A DNA stretch of 64,000 nucleotides. It comes from the human T2T-CHM13v2.0 reference genome, Homo sapiens. How positions within the stretch are numbered: the stretch's first letter is position 1; the number at the start of each line of letters is the position of its first letter. The notes under the pieces were generated by a model. It saw only the letters and a list, made by a program, of their open reading frames with translations. It was not told the origin of the DNA and ran no database searches. The stretch lies in NCBI RefSeq assembly GCF_009914755.1, contig NC_060942.1; one strand, written 5' to 3'. Below, piece by piece: positions 50,801-64,000 of this stretch. The position numbers and the translations under genes were made by a program.

Positions 50801-53800
50801 CCATAAAAACTGGACAGAAGCATTCTCAGAAACTTGTTTATGCTGTATCTACTCAACTAACAAAGTTGAACCTTTCTTTTGATAGAGCAGTTTTGAAATG
50901 GTCTTTTTGTGGAATCTGCAAGTGGATATTTGGCTAGTTTTGAGGATTTCGTTGGAAGCGGGAATTCATACAAATTGCAGACTGCAGCGTTCTGAGAAAC
51001 ATCTTTGTGATGTTTGTATTCAGGACACAGAGTTGAACATTCCCTATCATAGAGCAGGTTGGAATCACTCCTTTTGTAGTATCTGGAAGTGGACATTTGG
51101 AGCGCTTTCAGGCCTATTTTGGAAAGGGAAATATCTTCCCGTAACAACTATGCAGAAGCATTCTCAGAAACTTGTTTGTGATGTGTGCCCTCTACTGACA
51201 GAGTTGAACCTTTCTTTTAATAGAGCAGTTTTGAAACACTCTTTTTGTAGAATCTGCAAGAGGATATTTGCATAGCTTTGAGGATTTCGTGGGAAACGGG
51301 ATTGTCTTCAGGTAAAATCTAGACAGAAGCATTCTCAGAAACTTCTTTGGGATGTTTGCATTCAAGTCACAGAGTAGAACATTCCCTTTGGTAGAGCAGG
51401 TTTGAAACACTCTTTTTGTAGTATCTGGAAGTGGACATTTGGAGCGCTTTCAGGCCCATGTTGGAAAGGGAAATATCTTCCCGTAACAACTAGGCAGAAG
51501 CATTCTCAGAAACTTATTTGAGATGTGTGTACTCAACTAAGAGAATTGAACCACCGTTTTGAAGGAGCAGTTTTGAAACACTCTTTTTCTGGAATCTGCA
51601 AGAGTATATTTGCCTAGCCTTGAGGATTTCGTTGGAAACGGGATTGTCTTCAGAGAAAATCTAGACAGAAGCATTCTCAGAAACTTCTTTGGGATGCTTG
51701 CATTCCAGTCACAGAGTAGAACATTCCCTTTGGTAGAGCAGGTTTGAAACACTCTTTTTGTAGTATCTGGAAGTGGACATTTGGAGCGCTTTCAGGCCTA
51801 CGTTGGAAAAGGAAATATCTTCCCATAACAACTAGACAGAAGCATTCTCAGAAACTAGTTTCTGATGTGTGTCCTCAACTAACACAGTTGAACATTTCTT
51901 TAGACAGAACAGTTTTGAAACACTCTTTTTGTGGAATCTGCAAGTGGCTATTTGGCTAGATTTGAGGATTTCGTTGGAAACGGGATTACATATAAAAAGC
52001 AGTCAGCAGCATTCTCAGAAAGTTCTTTGTGATGATTGCATTCAAGTCACAGAATTGAACATTCCCTTTCACAGAGCAGGTTTGAAACACTCTTTTTGTA
52101 GTGTGTGTAAGTGGACATTTGGAGCACTTACCGGCCTAAGGTGAAAAAGGAAATATCTTCCCATAAAAACTAGACAGAAGCATTCTCAGAAACTTACTCG
52201 TGATGTGTGTCCTCAACTAAAGGAGTAGAACCTTTCTTTTCATAGAGAAGTTTTGAAACGCTCTTTTTGTGGAATCTGCAAGTGGATATTTGGCTAGTTT
52301 TGAGGATTTCGTTGGAAGCGGGAATTCATACAAATTGCAGACTGCAGCGTTCTGAGAAACATCTTTGTGATGTTTGTATTCAGGACACAGAGTTGAACAT
52401 TCCCTATCATAGAGCAGGTTTGAATCACTCCTTTTGTAGTATCTGGAAGTGGACATTTGGAGCGCTTTCAGGCCTATGTTGGAAAAGGAAATATCTTCCC
52501 ATAACAACTAGACAGAAGCATTCTCAGAAACTTATTTGAGATGTGTGTACTCAACTAAGAGAATTGAACCACCGTTTTGAAGGAGCAGTTTTGAAACTCT
52601 CTTTTTCTGGAATCTGCAAGTGGATATTTGGCTAGCTTTGGGGATTTCGCTGGAAGCGGGAATACATATAAAAAGCACACAGCAGCGTTCTGAGAAACTG
52701 CTTTCTGATGTTTGCATTCAAGTCAAAAGTTGAACACTCCCTTTCATAGAGCAGTCTTGAAACACCCCTTTTGTAGTATCTGGAACTGGACTTTTGGAGC
52801 GATTTCAGGGCTAAGGTGAAAAAGGAAATATCTTCCCATAAAAACTGGACAGAAGCATTCTCAGAAACTTGTTTATGCTGTATCTACTCAACTAACAAAG
52901 TTGAACCTTTCTTTTGATAGAGCAGTTTTGAAATGGTCTTTTTGTGGAATCTGCAAGTGGATATTTGGCTAGTTTTGAGGATTTCGTTGGAAGCGGGAAT
53001 TCATACAAATTGCAGACTGCAGCGTTCTGAGAAACATCTTTGTGATGTTTGTATTCAGGACACAGAGTTGAACATTCCCTATCATAGAGCAGGTTGGAAT
53101 CACTCCTTTTGTAGTATCTGGAAGTGGACATTTGGAGCGCTTTCAGGCCTATTTTGGAAAGGGAAATATCTTCCCGTAACAACTATGCAGAAGCATTCTC
53201 AGAAACTTGTTTGTGATGTGTGCCCTCTACTGACAGAGTTGAACCTTTCTTTTAATAGAGCAGTTTTGAAACACTCTTTTTGTAGAATCTGCAAGAGGAT
53301 ATTTGCATAGCTTTGAGGATTTCGTGGGAAACGGGATTGTCTTCAGGTAAAATCTAGACAGAAGCATTCTCAGAAACTTCTTTGGGATGTTTGCATTCAA
53401 GTCACAGAGTAGAACATTCCCTTTGGTAGAGCAGGTTTGAAACACTCTTTTTGTAGTATCTGGAAGTGGACATTTGGAGCGCTTTCAGGCCCATGTTGGA
53501 AAGGGAAATATCTTCCCGTAACAACTAGGCAGAAGCATTCTCAGAAACTTATTTGAGATGTGTGTACTCAACTAAGAGAATTGAACCACCGTTTTGAAGG
53601 AGCAGTTTTGAAACACTCTTTTTCTGGAATCTGCAAGAGTATATTTGCCTAGCCTTGAGGATTTCGTTGGAAACGGGATTGTCTTCAGAGAAAATCTAGA
53701 CAGAAGCATTCTCAGAAACTTCTTTGGGATGCTTGCATTCCAGTCACAGAGTAGAACATTCCCTTTGGTAGAGCAGGTTTGAAACACTCTTTTTGTAGTA

Positions 53801-56800
53801 TCTGGAAGTGGACATTTGGAGCGCTTTCAGGCCTACGTTGGAAAAGGAAATATCTTCCCATAACAACTAGACAGAAGCATTCTCAGAAACTAGTTTCTGA
53901 TGTGTGTCCTCAACTAACACAGTTGAACATTTCTTTAGACAGAACAGTTTTGAAACACTCTTTTTGTGGAATCTGCAAGTGGCTATTTGGCTAGATTTGA
54001 GGATTTCGTTGGAAACGGGATTACATATAAAAAGCAGTCAGCAGCATTCTCAGAAAGTTCTTTGTGATGATTGCATTCAAGTCACAGAATTGAACATTCC
54101 CTTTCACAGAGCAGGTTTGAAACACTCTTTTTGTAGTGTGTGTAAGTGGACATTTGGAGCACTTACCGGCCTAAGGTGAAAAAGGAAATATCTTCCCATA
54201 AAAACTAGACAGAAGCATTCTCAGAAACTTACTCGTGATGTGTGTCCTCAACTAAAGGAGTAGAACCTTTCTTTTCATAGAGAAGTTTTGAAACGCTCTT
54301 TTTGTGGAATCTGCAAGTGGATATTTGGCTAGTTTTGAGGATTTCGTTGGAAGCGGGAATTCATACAAATTGCAGACTGCAGCGTTCTGAGAAACATCTT
54401 TGTGATGTTTGTATTCAGGACACAGAGTTGAACATTCCCTATCATAGAGCAGGTTTGAATCACTCCTTTTGTAGTATCTGGAAGTGGACATTTGGAGCGC
54501 TTTCAGGCCTATGTTGGAAAAGGAAATATCTTCCCATAACAACTAGACAGAAGCATTCTCAGAAACTTATTTGAGATGTGTGTAATCAACTAAGAGAATT
54601 GAACCACCGTTTTGAAGGAGCAGTTTTGAAACTCTCTTTTTCTGGAATCTGCAAGTGGATATTTGGCTAGCTTTGGGGATTTCGCTGGAAGCGGGAATAC
54701 ATATAAAAAGCACACAGCAGCGTTCTGAGAAACTGCTTTCTGATGTTTGCATTCAAGTCAAAAGTTGAACACTCCCTTTCATAGAGCAGTCTTGAAACAC
54801 CCCTTTTGTAGTATCTGGAACTGGACTTTTGGAGCGATTTCAGGGCTAAGGTGAAAAAGGAAATATCTTCCCATAAAAACTGGACAGAAGCATTCTCAGA
54901 AACTTGTTTATGCTGTATCTACTCAACTAACAAAGTTGAACCTTTCTTTTGATAGAGCAGTTTTGAAATGGTCTTTTTGTGGAATCTGCAAGTGGATATT
55001 TGGCTAGTTTTGAGGATTTCGTTGGAAGCGGGAATTCATACAAATTGCAGACTGCAGCGTTCTGAGAAACATCTTTGTGATGTTTGTATTCAGGACACAG
55101 AGTTGAACATTCCCTATCATAGAGCAGGTTGGAATCACTCCTTTTGTAGTATCTGGAAGTGGACATTTGGAGCGCTTTCAGGCCTATTTTGGAAAGGGAA
55201 ATATCTTCCCGTAACAACTATGCAGAAGCATTCTCAGAAACTTGTTTGTGATGTGTGCCCTCTACTGACAGAGTTGAACCTTTCTTTTCATAGAGCAGTT
55301 TTGAAACACTCTTTTTGTAGAATCTGCAAGAGGATATTTGCATAGCTTTGAGGATTTCGTGGGAAACGGGATTGTCTTCAGGTAAAATCTAGACAGAAGC
55401 ATTCTCAGAAACTTCTTTGGGATGTTTGCATTCAAGTCACAGAGTAGAACATTCCCTTTGGTAGAGCAGGTTTGAAACACTCTTTTTGTAGTATCTGGAA
55501 GTGGACATTTGGAGCGCTTTCAGGCCCATGTTGGAAAGGGAAATATCTTCCCGTAACAACTAGGCAGAAGCATTCTCAGAAACTTATTTGAGATGTGTGT
55601 ACTCAACTAAGAGAATTGAACCACCGTTTTGAAGGAGCAGTTTTGAAACACTCTTTTTCTGGAATCTGCAAGAGTATATTTGCCTAGCCTTGAGGATTTC
55701 GTTGGAAACGGGATTGTCTTCAGAGAAAATCTAGACAGAAGCATTCTCAGAAACTTCTTTGGGATGTTTGCATTCAAGTCACAGAGTAGAACATTCCCTT
55801 TGGTAGAGCAGGTTTGAAACACTCTTTTTTTAGTATATGGAAGTGGACATTTGGAGCGCTTTCAGGCCTACGTTGGAAAAGGAAATATCTTCCCATAACA
55901 ACTAGACAGAAGCATTCTCAGAAACTAGTTTCTGATGTGTGTCCTCAACTAACACAGTTGAACATTTCTTTAGACAGAACAGTTTTGAAACACTCTTTTT
56001 GTGGAATCTGCAAGTGGCTATTTGGCTAGATTTGAGGATTTCGTTGGAAACGGGATTACATATAAAAAGCAGTCAGCAGCATTCTCAGAAAGTTCTTTGT
56101 GATGATTGCATTCAAGTCACAGAATTGAACATTCCCTTTCACAGAGCAGGTTTGAAACACTCTTTTTGTAGTGTGTGTAAGTGGACATTTGGAGCACTTA
56201 CCGGCCTAAGGTGAAAAAGGAAATATCTTCCCATAAAAACTAGACAGAAGCATTCTCAGAAACTTACTCGTGATGTGTGTCCTCAACTAAAGGAGTAGAA
56301 CCTTTCTTTTCATAGAGAAGTTTTGAAACGCTCTTTTTGTGGAATCTGCAAGTGGATATTTGGCTAGTTTTGAGGATTTCGTTGGAAGCGGGAATTCATA
56401 CAAATTGCAGACTGCAGCGTTCTGAGAAACATCTTTGTGATGTTTGTATTCAGGACACAGAGTTGAACATTCCCTATCATAGAGCAGGTTTGAATCACTC
56501 CTTTTGTAGTATCTGGAAGTGGACATTTGGAGCGCTTTCAGGCCTATGTTGGAAAAGGAAATATCTTCCCATAACAACTAGACAGAAGCATTCTCAGAAA
56601 CTTATTTGAGATGTGTGTACTCAACTAAGAGAATTGAACCACCGTTTTGAAGGAGCAGTTTTGAAACTCTCTTTTTCTGGAATCTGCAAGTGGATATTTG
56701 GCTAGCTTTGGGGATTTCGCTGGAAGCGGGAATACATATAAAAAGCACACAGCAGCGTTCTGAGAAACTGCTTTCTGATGTTTGCATTCAAGTCAAAAGT

Positions 56801-59800
56801 TGAACACTCCCTTTCATAGAGCAGTCTTGAAACACCCCTTTTGTAGTATCTGGAACTGGACTTTTGGAGCGATTTCAGGGCTAAGGTGAAAAAGGAAATA
56901 TCTTCCCATAAAAACTGGACAGAAGCATTCTCAGAAACTTGTTTATGCTGTATCTACTCAACTAACAAAGTTGAACCTTTCTTTTGATAGAGCAGTTTTG
57001 AAATGGTCTTTTTGTGGAATCTGCAAGTGGATATTTGGCTAGTTTTGAGGATTTCGTTGGAAGCGGGAATTCATACAAATTGCAGACTGCAGCGTTCTGA
57101 GAAACATCTTTGTGATGTTTGTATTCAGGACACAGAGTTGAACATTCCCTATCATAGAGCAGGTTGGAATCACTCCTTTTGTAGTATCTGGAAGTGGACA
57201 TTTGGAGCGCTTTCAGGCCTATTTTGGAAAGGGAAATATCTTCCCGTAACAACTATGCAGAAGCATTCTCAGAAACTTGTTTGTGATGTGTGCCCTCTAC
57301 TGACAGAGTTGAACCTTTCTTTTCATAGAGCAGTTTTGAAACACTCTTTTTGTAGAATCTGCAAGAGGATATTTGCATAGCTTTGAGGATTTCGTGGGAA
57401 ACGGGATTGTCTTCAGGTAAAATCTAGACAGAAGCATTCTCAGAAACTTCTTTGGGATGTTTGCATTCAAGTCACAGAGTAGAACATTCCCTTTGGTAGA
57501 GCAGGTTTGAAACACTCTTTTTGTAGTATCTGGAAGTGGACATTTGGAGCGCTTTCAGGCCCATGTTGGAAAGGGAAATATCTTCCCGTAACAACTAGGC
57601 AGAAGCATTCTCAGAAACTTATTTGAGATGTGTGTACTCAACTAAGAGAATTGAACCACCGTTTTGAAGGAGCAGTTTTGAAACACTCTTTTTCTGGAAT
57701 CTGCAAGAGTATATTTGCCTAGCCTTGAGGATTTCGTTGGAAACGGGATTGTCTTCAGAGAAAATCTAGACAGAAGCATTCTCAGAAACTTCTTTGGGAT
57801 GTTTGCATTCAAGTCACAGAGTAGAACATTCCCTTTGGTAGAGCAGGTTTGAAACACTCTTTTTGTAGTATCTGGAAGTGGACATTTGGAGCGCTTTCAG
57901 GCCTACGTTGGAAAAGGAAATATCTTCCCATAACAACTAGACAGAAGCATTCTCAGAAACTAGTTTCTGATGTGTGTCCTCAACTAACACAGTTGAACAT
58001 TTCTTTAGACAGAACAGTTTTGAAACACTCTTTTTGTGGAATCTGCAAGTGGCTATTTGGCTAGATTTGAGGATTTCGTTGGAAACGGGATTACATATAA
58101 AAAGCAGTCAGCAGCATTCTCAGAAAGTTCTTTGTGATGATTGCATTCAAGTCACAGAATTGAACATTCCCTTTCACAGAGCAGGTTTGAAACACTCTTT
58201 TTGTAGTGTGTGTAAGTGGACATTTGGAGCACTTACCGGCCTAAGGTGAAAAAGGAAATATCTTCCCATAAAAACTAGACAGAAGCATTCTCAGAAACTT
58301 ACTCGTGATGTGTGTCCTCAACTAAAGGAGTAGAACCTTTCTTTTCATAGAGAAGTTTTGAAACGCTCTTTTTGTGGAATCTGCAAGTGGATATTTGGCT
58401 AGTTTTGAGGATTTCGTTGGAAGCGGGAATTCATACAAATTGCAGACTGCAGCGTTCTGAGAAACATCTTTGTGATGTTTGTATTCAGGACACAGAGTTG
58501 AACATTCCCTATCATAGAGCAGGTTTGAATCACTCCTTTTGTAGTATCTGGAAGTGGACATTTGGAGCGCTTTCAGGCCTATGTTGGAAAAGGAAATATC
58601 TTCCCATAACAACTAGACAGAAGCATTCTCAGAAACTTATTTGAGATGTGTGTACTCAACTAAGAGAATTGAACCACCGTTTTGAAGGAGCAGTTTTGAA
58701 ACTCTCTTTTTCTGGAATCTGCAAGTGGATATTTGGCTAGCTTTGGGGATTTCGCTGGAAGCGGGAATACATATAAAAAGCACACAGCAGCGTTCTGAGA
58801 AACTGCTTTCTGATGTTTGCATTCAAGTCAAAAGTTGAACACTCCCTTTCATAGAGCAGTCTTGAAACACCCCTTTTGTAGTATCTGGAACTGGACTTTT
58901 GGAGCGATTTCAGGGCTAAGGTGAAAAAGGAAATATCTTCCCATAAAAACTGGACAGAAGCATTCTCAGAAACTTGTTTATGCTGTATCTACTCAACTAA
59001 CAAAGTTGAACCTTTCTTTTGATAGAGCAGTTTTGAAATGGTCTTTTTGTGGAATCTGCAAGTGGATATTTGGCTAGTTTTGAGGATTTCGTTGGAAGCG
59101 GGAATTCATACAAATTGCAGACTGCAGCGTTCTGAGAAACATCTTTGTGATGTTTGTATTCAGGACACAGAGTTGAACATTCCCTATCATAGAGCAGGTT
59201 GGAATCACTCCTTTTGTAGTATCTGGAAGTGGACATTTGGAGCGCTTTCAGGCCTATTTTGGAAAGGGAAATATCTTCCCGTAACAACTATGCAGAAGCA
59301 TTCTCAGAAACTTGTTTGTGATGTGTGCCCTCTACTGACAGAGTTGAACCTTTCTTTTCATAGAGCAGTTTTGAAACACTCTTTTTGTAGAATCTGCAAG
59401 AGGATATTTGCATAGCTTTGAGGATTTCGTGGGAAACGGGATTGTCTTCAGGTAAAATCTAGACAGAAGCATTCTCAGAAACTTCTTTGGGATGTTTGCA
59501 TTCAAGTCACAGAGTAGAACATTCCCTTTGGTAGAGCAGGTTTGAAACACTCTTTTTGTAGTATCTGGAAGTGGACATTTGGAGCGCTTTCAGGCCCATG
59601 TTGGAAAGGGAAATATCTTCCCGTAACAACTAGGCAGAAGCATTCTCAGAAACTTATTTGAGATGTGTGTACTCAACTAAGAGAATTGAACCACCGTTTT
59701 GAAGGAGCAGTTTTGAAACACTCTTTTTCTGGAATCTGCAAGAGTATATTTGCCTAGCCTTGAGGATTTCGTTGGAAACGGGATTGTCTTCAGAGAAAAT

Positions 59801-62800
59801 CTAGACAGAAGCATTCTCAGAAACTTCTTTGGGATGTTTGCATTCAAGTCACAGAGTAGAACATTCCCTTTGGTAGAGCAGGTTTGAAACACTCTTTTTG
59901 TAGTATCTGGAAGTGGACATTTGGAGCGCTTTCAGGCCTACGTTGGAAAAGGAAATATCTTCCCATAACAACTAGACAGAAGCATTCTCAGAAACTAGTT
60001 TCTGATGTGTGTCCTCAACTAACACAGTTGAACATTTCTTTAGACAGAACAGTTTTGAAACACTCTTTTTGTGGAATCTGCAAGTGGCTATTTGGCTAGA
60101 TTTGAGGATTTCGTTGGAAACGGGATTACATATAAAAAGCAGTCAGCAGCATTCTCAGAAAGTTCTTTGTGATGATTGCATTCAAGTCACAGAATTGAAC
60201 ATTCCCTTTCACAGAGCAGGTTTGAAACACTCTTTTTGTAGTGTGTGTAAGTGGACATTTGGAGCACTTACCGGCCTAAGGTGAAAAAGGAAATATCTTC
60301 CCATAAAAACTAGACAGAAGCATTCTCAGAAACTTACTCGTGATGTGTGTCCTCAACTAAAGGAGTAGAACCTTTCTTTTCATAGAGAAGTTTTGAAACG
60401 CTCTTTTTGTGGAATCTGCAAGTGGATATTTGGCTAGTTTTGAGGATTTCGTTGGAAGCGGGAATTCATACAAATTGCAGACTGCAGCGTTCTGAGAAAC
60501 ATCTTTGTGATGTTTGTATTCAGGACACAGAGTTGAACATTCCCTATCATAGAGCAGGTTTGAATCACTCCTTTTGTAGTATCTGGAAGTGGACATTTGG
60601 AGCGCTTTCAGGCCTATGTTGGAAAAGGAAATATCTTCCCATAACAACTAGACAGAAGCATTCTCAGAAACTTATTTGAGATGTGTGTACTCAACTAAGA
60701 GAATTGAACCACCGTTTTGAAGGAGCAGTTTTGAAACTCTCTTTTTCTGGAATCTGCAAGTGGATATTTGGCTAGCTTTGGGGATTTCGCTGGAAGCGGG
60801 AATACATATAAAAAGCACACAGCAGCGTTCTGAGAAACTGCTTTCTGATGTTTGCATTCAAGTCAAAAGTTGAACACTCCCTTTCATAGAGCAGTCTTGA
60901 AACACCCCTTTTGTAGTATCTGGAACTGGACTTTTGGAGCGATTTCAGGGCTAAGGTGAAAAAGGAAATATCTTCCCATAAAAACTGGACAGAAGCATTC
61001 TCAGAAACTTGTTTATGCTGTATCTACTCAACCAGCAAAGTTGAACCTTTCTTTTGATAGAGCAGTTTTGAAATGGTCTTTTTGTGGAATCTGCAAGTGG
61101 ATATTTGGCTAGTTTTGAGGATTTCGTTGGAAGCGGGAATTCATACAAATTGCAGACTGCAGCGTTCTGAGAAACATCTTTGTGATGTTTGTATTCAGGA
61201 CACAGAGTTGAACATTCCCTATCATAGAGCAGGTTGGAATCACTCCTTTTGTAGTATCTGGAAGTGGACATTTGGAGCGCTTTCAGGCCTATTTTGGAAA
61301 GGGAAATATCTTCCCGTAACAACTATGCAGAAGCATTCTCAGAAACTTGTTTGTGATGTGTGCCCTCTACTGACAGAGTTGAACCTTTCTTTTCATAGAG
61401 CAGTTTTGAAACACTCTTTTTGTAGAATCTGCAAGAGGATATTTGCATAGCTTTGAGGATTTCGTGGGAAACGGGATTGTCTTCAGGTAAAATCTAGACA
61501 GAAGCATTCTCAGAAACTTCTTTGGGATGTTTGCATTCAAGTCACAGAGTAGAACATTCCCTTTGGTAGAGCAGGTTTGAAACACTCTTTTTGTAGTATC
61601 TGGAAGTGGACATTTGGAGCGCTTTCAGGCCCATGTTGGAAAGGGAAATATCTTCCCGTAACAACTAGGCAGAAGCATTCTCAGAAACTTATTTGAGATG
61701 TGTGTACTCAACTAAGAGAATTGAACCACCGTTTTGAAGGAGCAGTTTTGAAACACTCTTTTTCTGGAATCTGCAAGAGTATATTTGCCTAGCCTTGAGG
61801 ATTTCGTTGGAAACGGGATTGTCTTCAGAGAAAATCTAGACAGAAGCATTCTCAGAAACTTCTTTGGGATGTTTGCATTCAAGTCACAGAGTAGAACATT
61901 CCCTTTGGTAGAGCAGGTTTGAAACACTCTTTTTTTAGTATCTGGAAGTGGACATTTGGAGCGCTTTCAGGCCTACGTTGGAAAAGGAAATATCTTCCCA
62001 TAACAACTAGACAGAAGCATTCTCAGAAACTAGTTTCTGATGTGTGTCCTCAACTAACACAGTTGAACATTTCTTTAGACAGAACAGTTTTGAAACACTC
62101 TTTTTGTGGAATCTGCAAGTGGCTATTTGGCTAGATTTGAGGATTTCGTTGGAAACGGGATTACATATAAAAAGCAGTCAGCAGCATTCTCAGAAAGTTC
62201 TTTGTGATGATTGCATTCAAGTCACAGAATTGAACATTCCCTTTCACAGAGCAGGTTTGAAACACTCTTTTTGTAGTGTGTGTAAGTGGACATTTGGAGC
62301 ACTTACCGGCCTAAGGTGAAAAAGGAAATATCTTCCCATAAAAACTAGACAGAAGCATTCTCAGAAACTTACTCGTGATGTGTGTCCTCAACTAAAGGAG
62401 TAGAACCTTTCTTTTCATAGAGAAGTTTTGAAACGCTCTTTTTGTGGAATCTGCAAGTGGATATTTGGCTAGTTTTGAGGATTTCGTTGGAAGCGGGAAT
62501 TCATACAAATTGCAGACTGCAGCGTTCTGAGAAACATCTTTGTGATGTTTGTATTCAGGACACAGAGTTGAACATTCCCTATCATAGAGCAGGTTTGAAT
62601 CACTCCTTTTGTAGTATCTGGAAGTGGACATTTGGAGCGCTTTCAGGCCTATGTTGGAAAAGGAAATATCTTCCCATAACAACTAGACAGAAGCATTCTC
62701 AGAAACTTATTTGAGATGTGTGTACTCAACTAAGAGAATTGAACCACCGTTTTGAAGGAGCAGTTTTGAAACTCTCTTTTTCTGGAATCTGCAAGTGGAT

Positions 62801-63368
62801 ATTTGGCTAGCTTTGGGGATTTCGCTGGAAGCGGGAATACATATAAAAAGCACACAGCAGCGTTCTGAGAAACTGCTTTCTGATGTTTGCATTCAAGTCA
62901 AAAGTTGAACACTCCCTTTCATAGAGCAGTCTTGAAACACCCCTTTTGTAGTATCTGGAACTGGACTTTTGGAGCGATTTCAGGGCTAAGGTGAAAAAGG
63001 AAATATCTTCCCATAAAAACTGGACAGAAGCATTCTCAGAAACTTGTTTATGCTGTATCTACTCAACTAACAAAGTTGAACCTTTCTTTTGATAGAGCAG
63101 TTTTGAAATGGTCTTTTTGTGGAATCTGCAAGTGGATATTTGGCTAGTTTTGAGGATTTCGTTGGAAGCGGGAATTCATACAAATTGCAGACTGCAGCGT
63201 TCTGAGAAACATCTTTGTGATGTTTGTATTCAGGACACAGAGTTGAACATTCCCTATCATAGAGCAGGTTGGAATCACTCCTTTTGTAGTATCTGGAAGT
63301 GGACATTTGGAGCGCTTTCAGGCCTATTTTGGAAAGGGAAATATCTTCCCGTAACAACTATGCAGAAG
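32844..63368 (+). repeat. Run of 15 consecutive canonical 12-mer HORs
   Basis: All ORF anchors recur at exactly 2035 bp (32877 through 63402 = 15 x 2035), with only scattered substitutions and no net length change. Confidence 0.95.
46877..46893 (+). other. Mutated CENP-B box (CGGG to CCGG)
   Basis: Reads TTTCGTTGGAAGCCGGA; G>C at 46890 hits the essential CGGG core. Confidence 0.85.
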
Positions 63369-64000
63369 CATTCTCAGAAACTTGTTTGTGATGTGTGCCC
63401 TCTACTGACAGAGTTGAACCTTTCTTTTCATAGAGCAGTTTTGAAACACTCTTTTTGTAGAATCTGCAAGAGGATATTTGCATAGCTTTGAGGATTTCGT
63501 GGGAAACGGGATTGTCTTCAGGTAAAATCTAGACAGAAGCATTCTCAGAAACTTCTTTGGGATGTTTGCATTCAAGTCACAGAGTAGAACATTCCCTTTG
63601 GTAGAGCAGGTTTGAAACACTCTTTTTGTAGTATCTGGAAGTGGACATTTGGAGCGCTTTCAGGCCCATGTTGGAAAGGGAAATATCTTCCCGTAACAAC
63701 TAGGCAGAAGCATTCTCAGAAACTTATTTGAGATGTGTGTACTCAACTAAGAGAATTGAACCACCGTTTTGAAGGAGCAGTTTTGAAACACTCTTTTTCT
63801 GGAATCTGCAAGAGTATATTTGCCTAGCCTTGAGGATTTCGTTGGAAACGGGATTGTCTTCAGAGAAAATCTAGACAGAAGCATTCTCAGAAACTTCTTT
63901 GGGATGTTTGCATTCAAGTCACAGAGTAGAACATTCCCTTTGGTAGAGCAGGTTTGAAACACTCTTTTTGTAGTATCTGGAAGTGGACATTTGGAGCGCT

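Larger units (their letters stand above)
1..64000 (+). repeat. Centromeric alpha-satellite HOR array (SF2-like dimeric type), probably human chr18 D18Z1 (S2C18H1L) 12-mer array
   Basis: Continuous ~171-bp tandem monomers with alphoid hallmarks (CATTCTCAGAAAC, TTTGAAACACTCTTTTTGT, GGAAATATCTTCCC), CENP-B boxes in every second monomer, and an exact 2035-bp ORF-track periodicity. Alpha satellite is essentially certain. The chr18 call rests on recalled D18Z1 properties (12-mer, EcoRI ~1.36 kb and ~0.68 kb units) and is about 0.75 certain. Confidence 0.98.

Noticed and set aside
60951-61322. Extended 123-aa minus-strand ORF unique to one unit
   Set aside because: It is a by-product of the substitutions at 61033/61035 removing a stop codon; there is no coding evidence.
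41-63962. Hundreds of 61-125 aa ORFs on both strands (e.g. MFQTCSTKGN..., MKHSF..., MVFLWNLQ...)
   Set aside because: They are translations of alpha satellite recurring with the HOR period. They overlap in several frames, many use non-ATG starts, and I recognise no domains. Similar 'hypothetical proteins' in databases would be satellite-derived artefacts.
1-64000. CRISPR-like appearance (conserved CATTCTCAGAAAC motif separated by variable sequence)
   Set aside because: The intervening sequences are mutually homologous ~171-bp monomers repeated in fixed order, not unique spacers, and there are no cas genes.
1-64000. Transposon insertion (L1/Alu), inversion or foreign insert
   Set aside because: All anchor spacings are explained by whole-monomer gains or losses plus 1-2 bp indels. 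I found no poly-A tail, target-site duplication or strand switch.
1-64000. A previously undescribed gene-based biological system
   Set aside because: There is no non-satellite sequence in the window. Any novelty is limited to array architecture, and I cannot verify whether these particular variants are already catalogued.

Overview
The whole 64 kb window is one uninterrupted, single-orientation primate (human-type) centromeric alpha-satellite array. It contains no protein-coding genes, RNA genes, transposon insertions or inversions that I can detect; the ORF track only reflects the repeat. Monomers of 167-171 bp alternate CENP-B-box and non-box types (dimeric, suprachromosomal family 2-like) and form a 12-monomer, 2035-bp higher-order repeat (HOR) with two EcoRI sites spaced 1360/675 bp. 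This best fits human chromosome 18 D18Z1; that assignment comes from recall, not an alignment. I label the monomers a-l, starting at CATTCTCAGAAACTTGTTTGTG. Unit order: partial 8-mer-type junction (1-291), 12-mer (292), 6-mer (2327), 12-mer with a hybrid first monomer (3348), 10-mer (5381), two 12-mers (7074, 9109), three [16-mer + 12-mer] blocks with a 4745-bp period (11144-25378), three 12-mers, an 8-mer (31484), then 15 consecutive 12-mers (32844-63368) and a partial unit. The first ~6 kb is a distinct, more diverged HOR haplotype and the remainder is highly homogenized. I found no evidence of a new gene system. The interesting signal is the record of array evolution: a haplotype boundary, reciprocal 8/16-mer variants, a 28-monomer super-repeat, a 6780-bp-offset duplication, inter-monomer conversion tracts and local SNV blocks.
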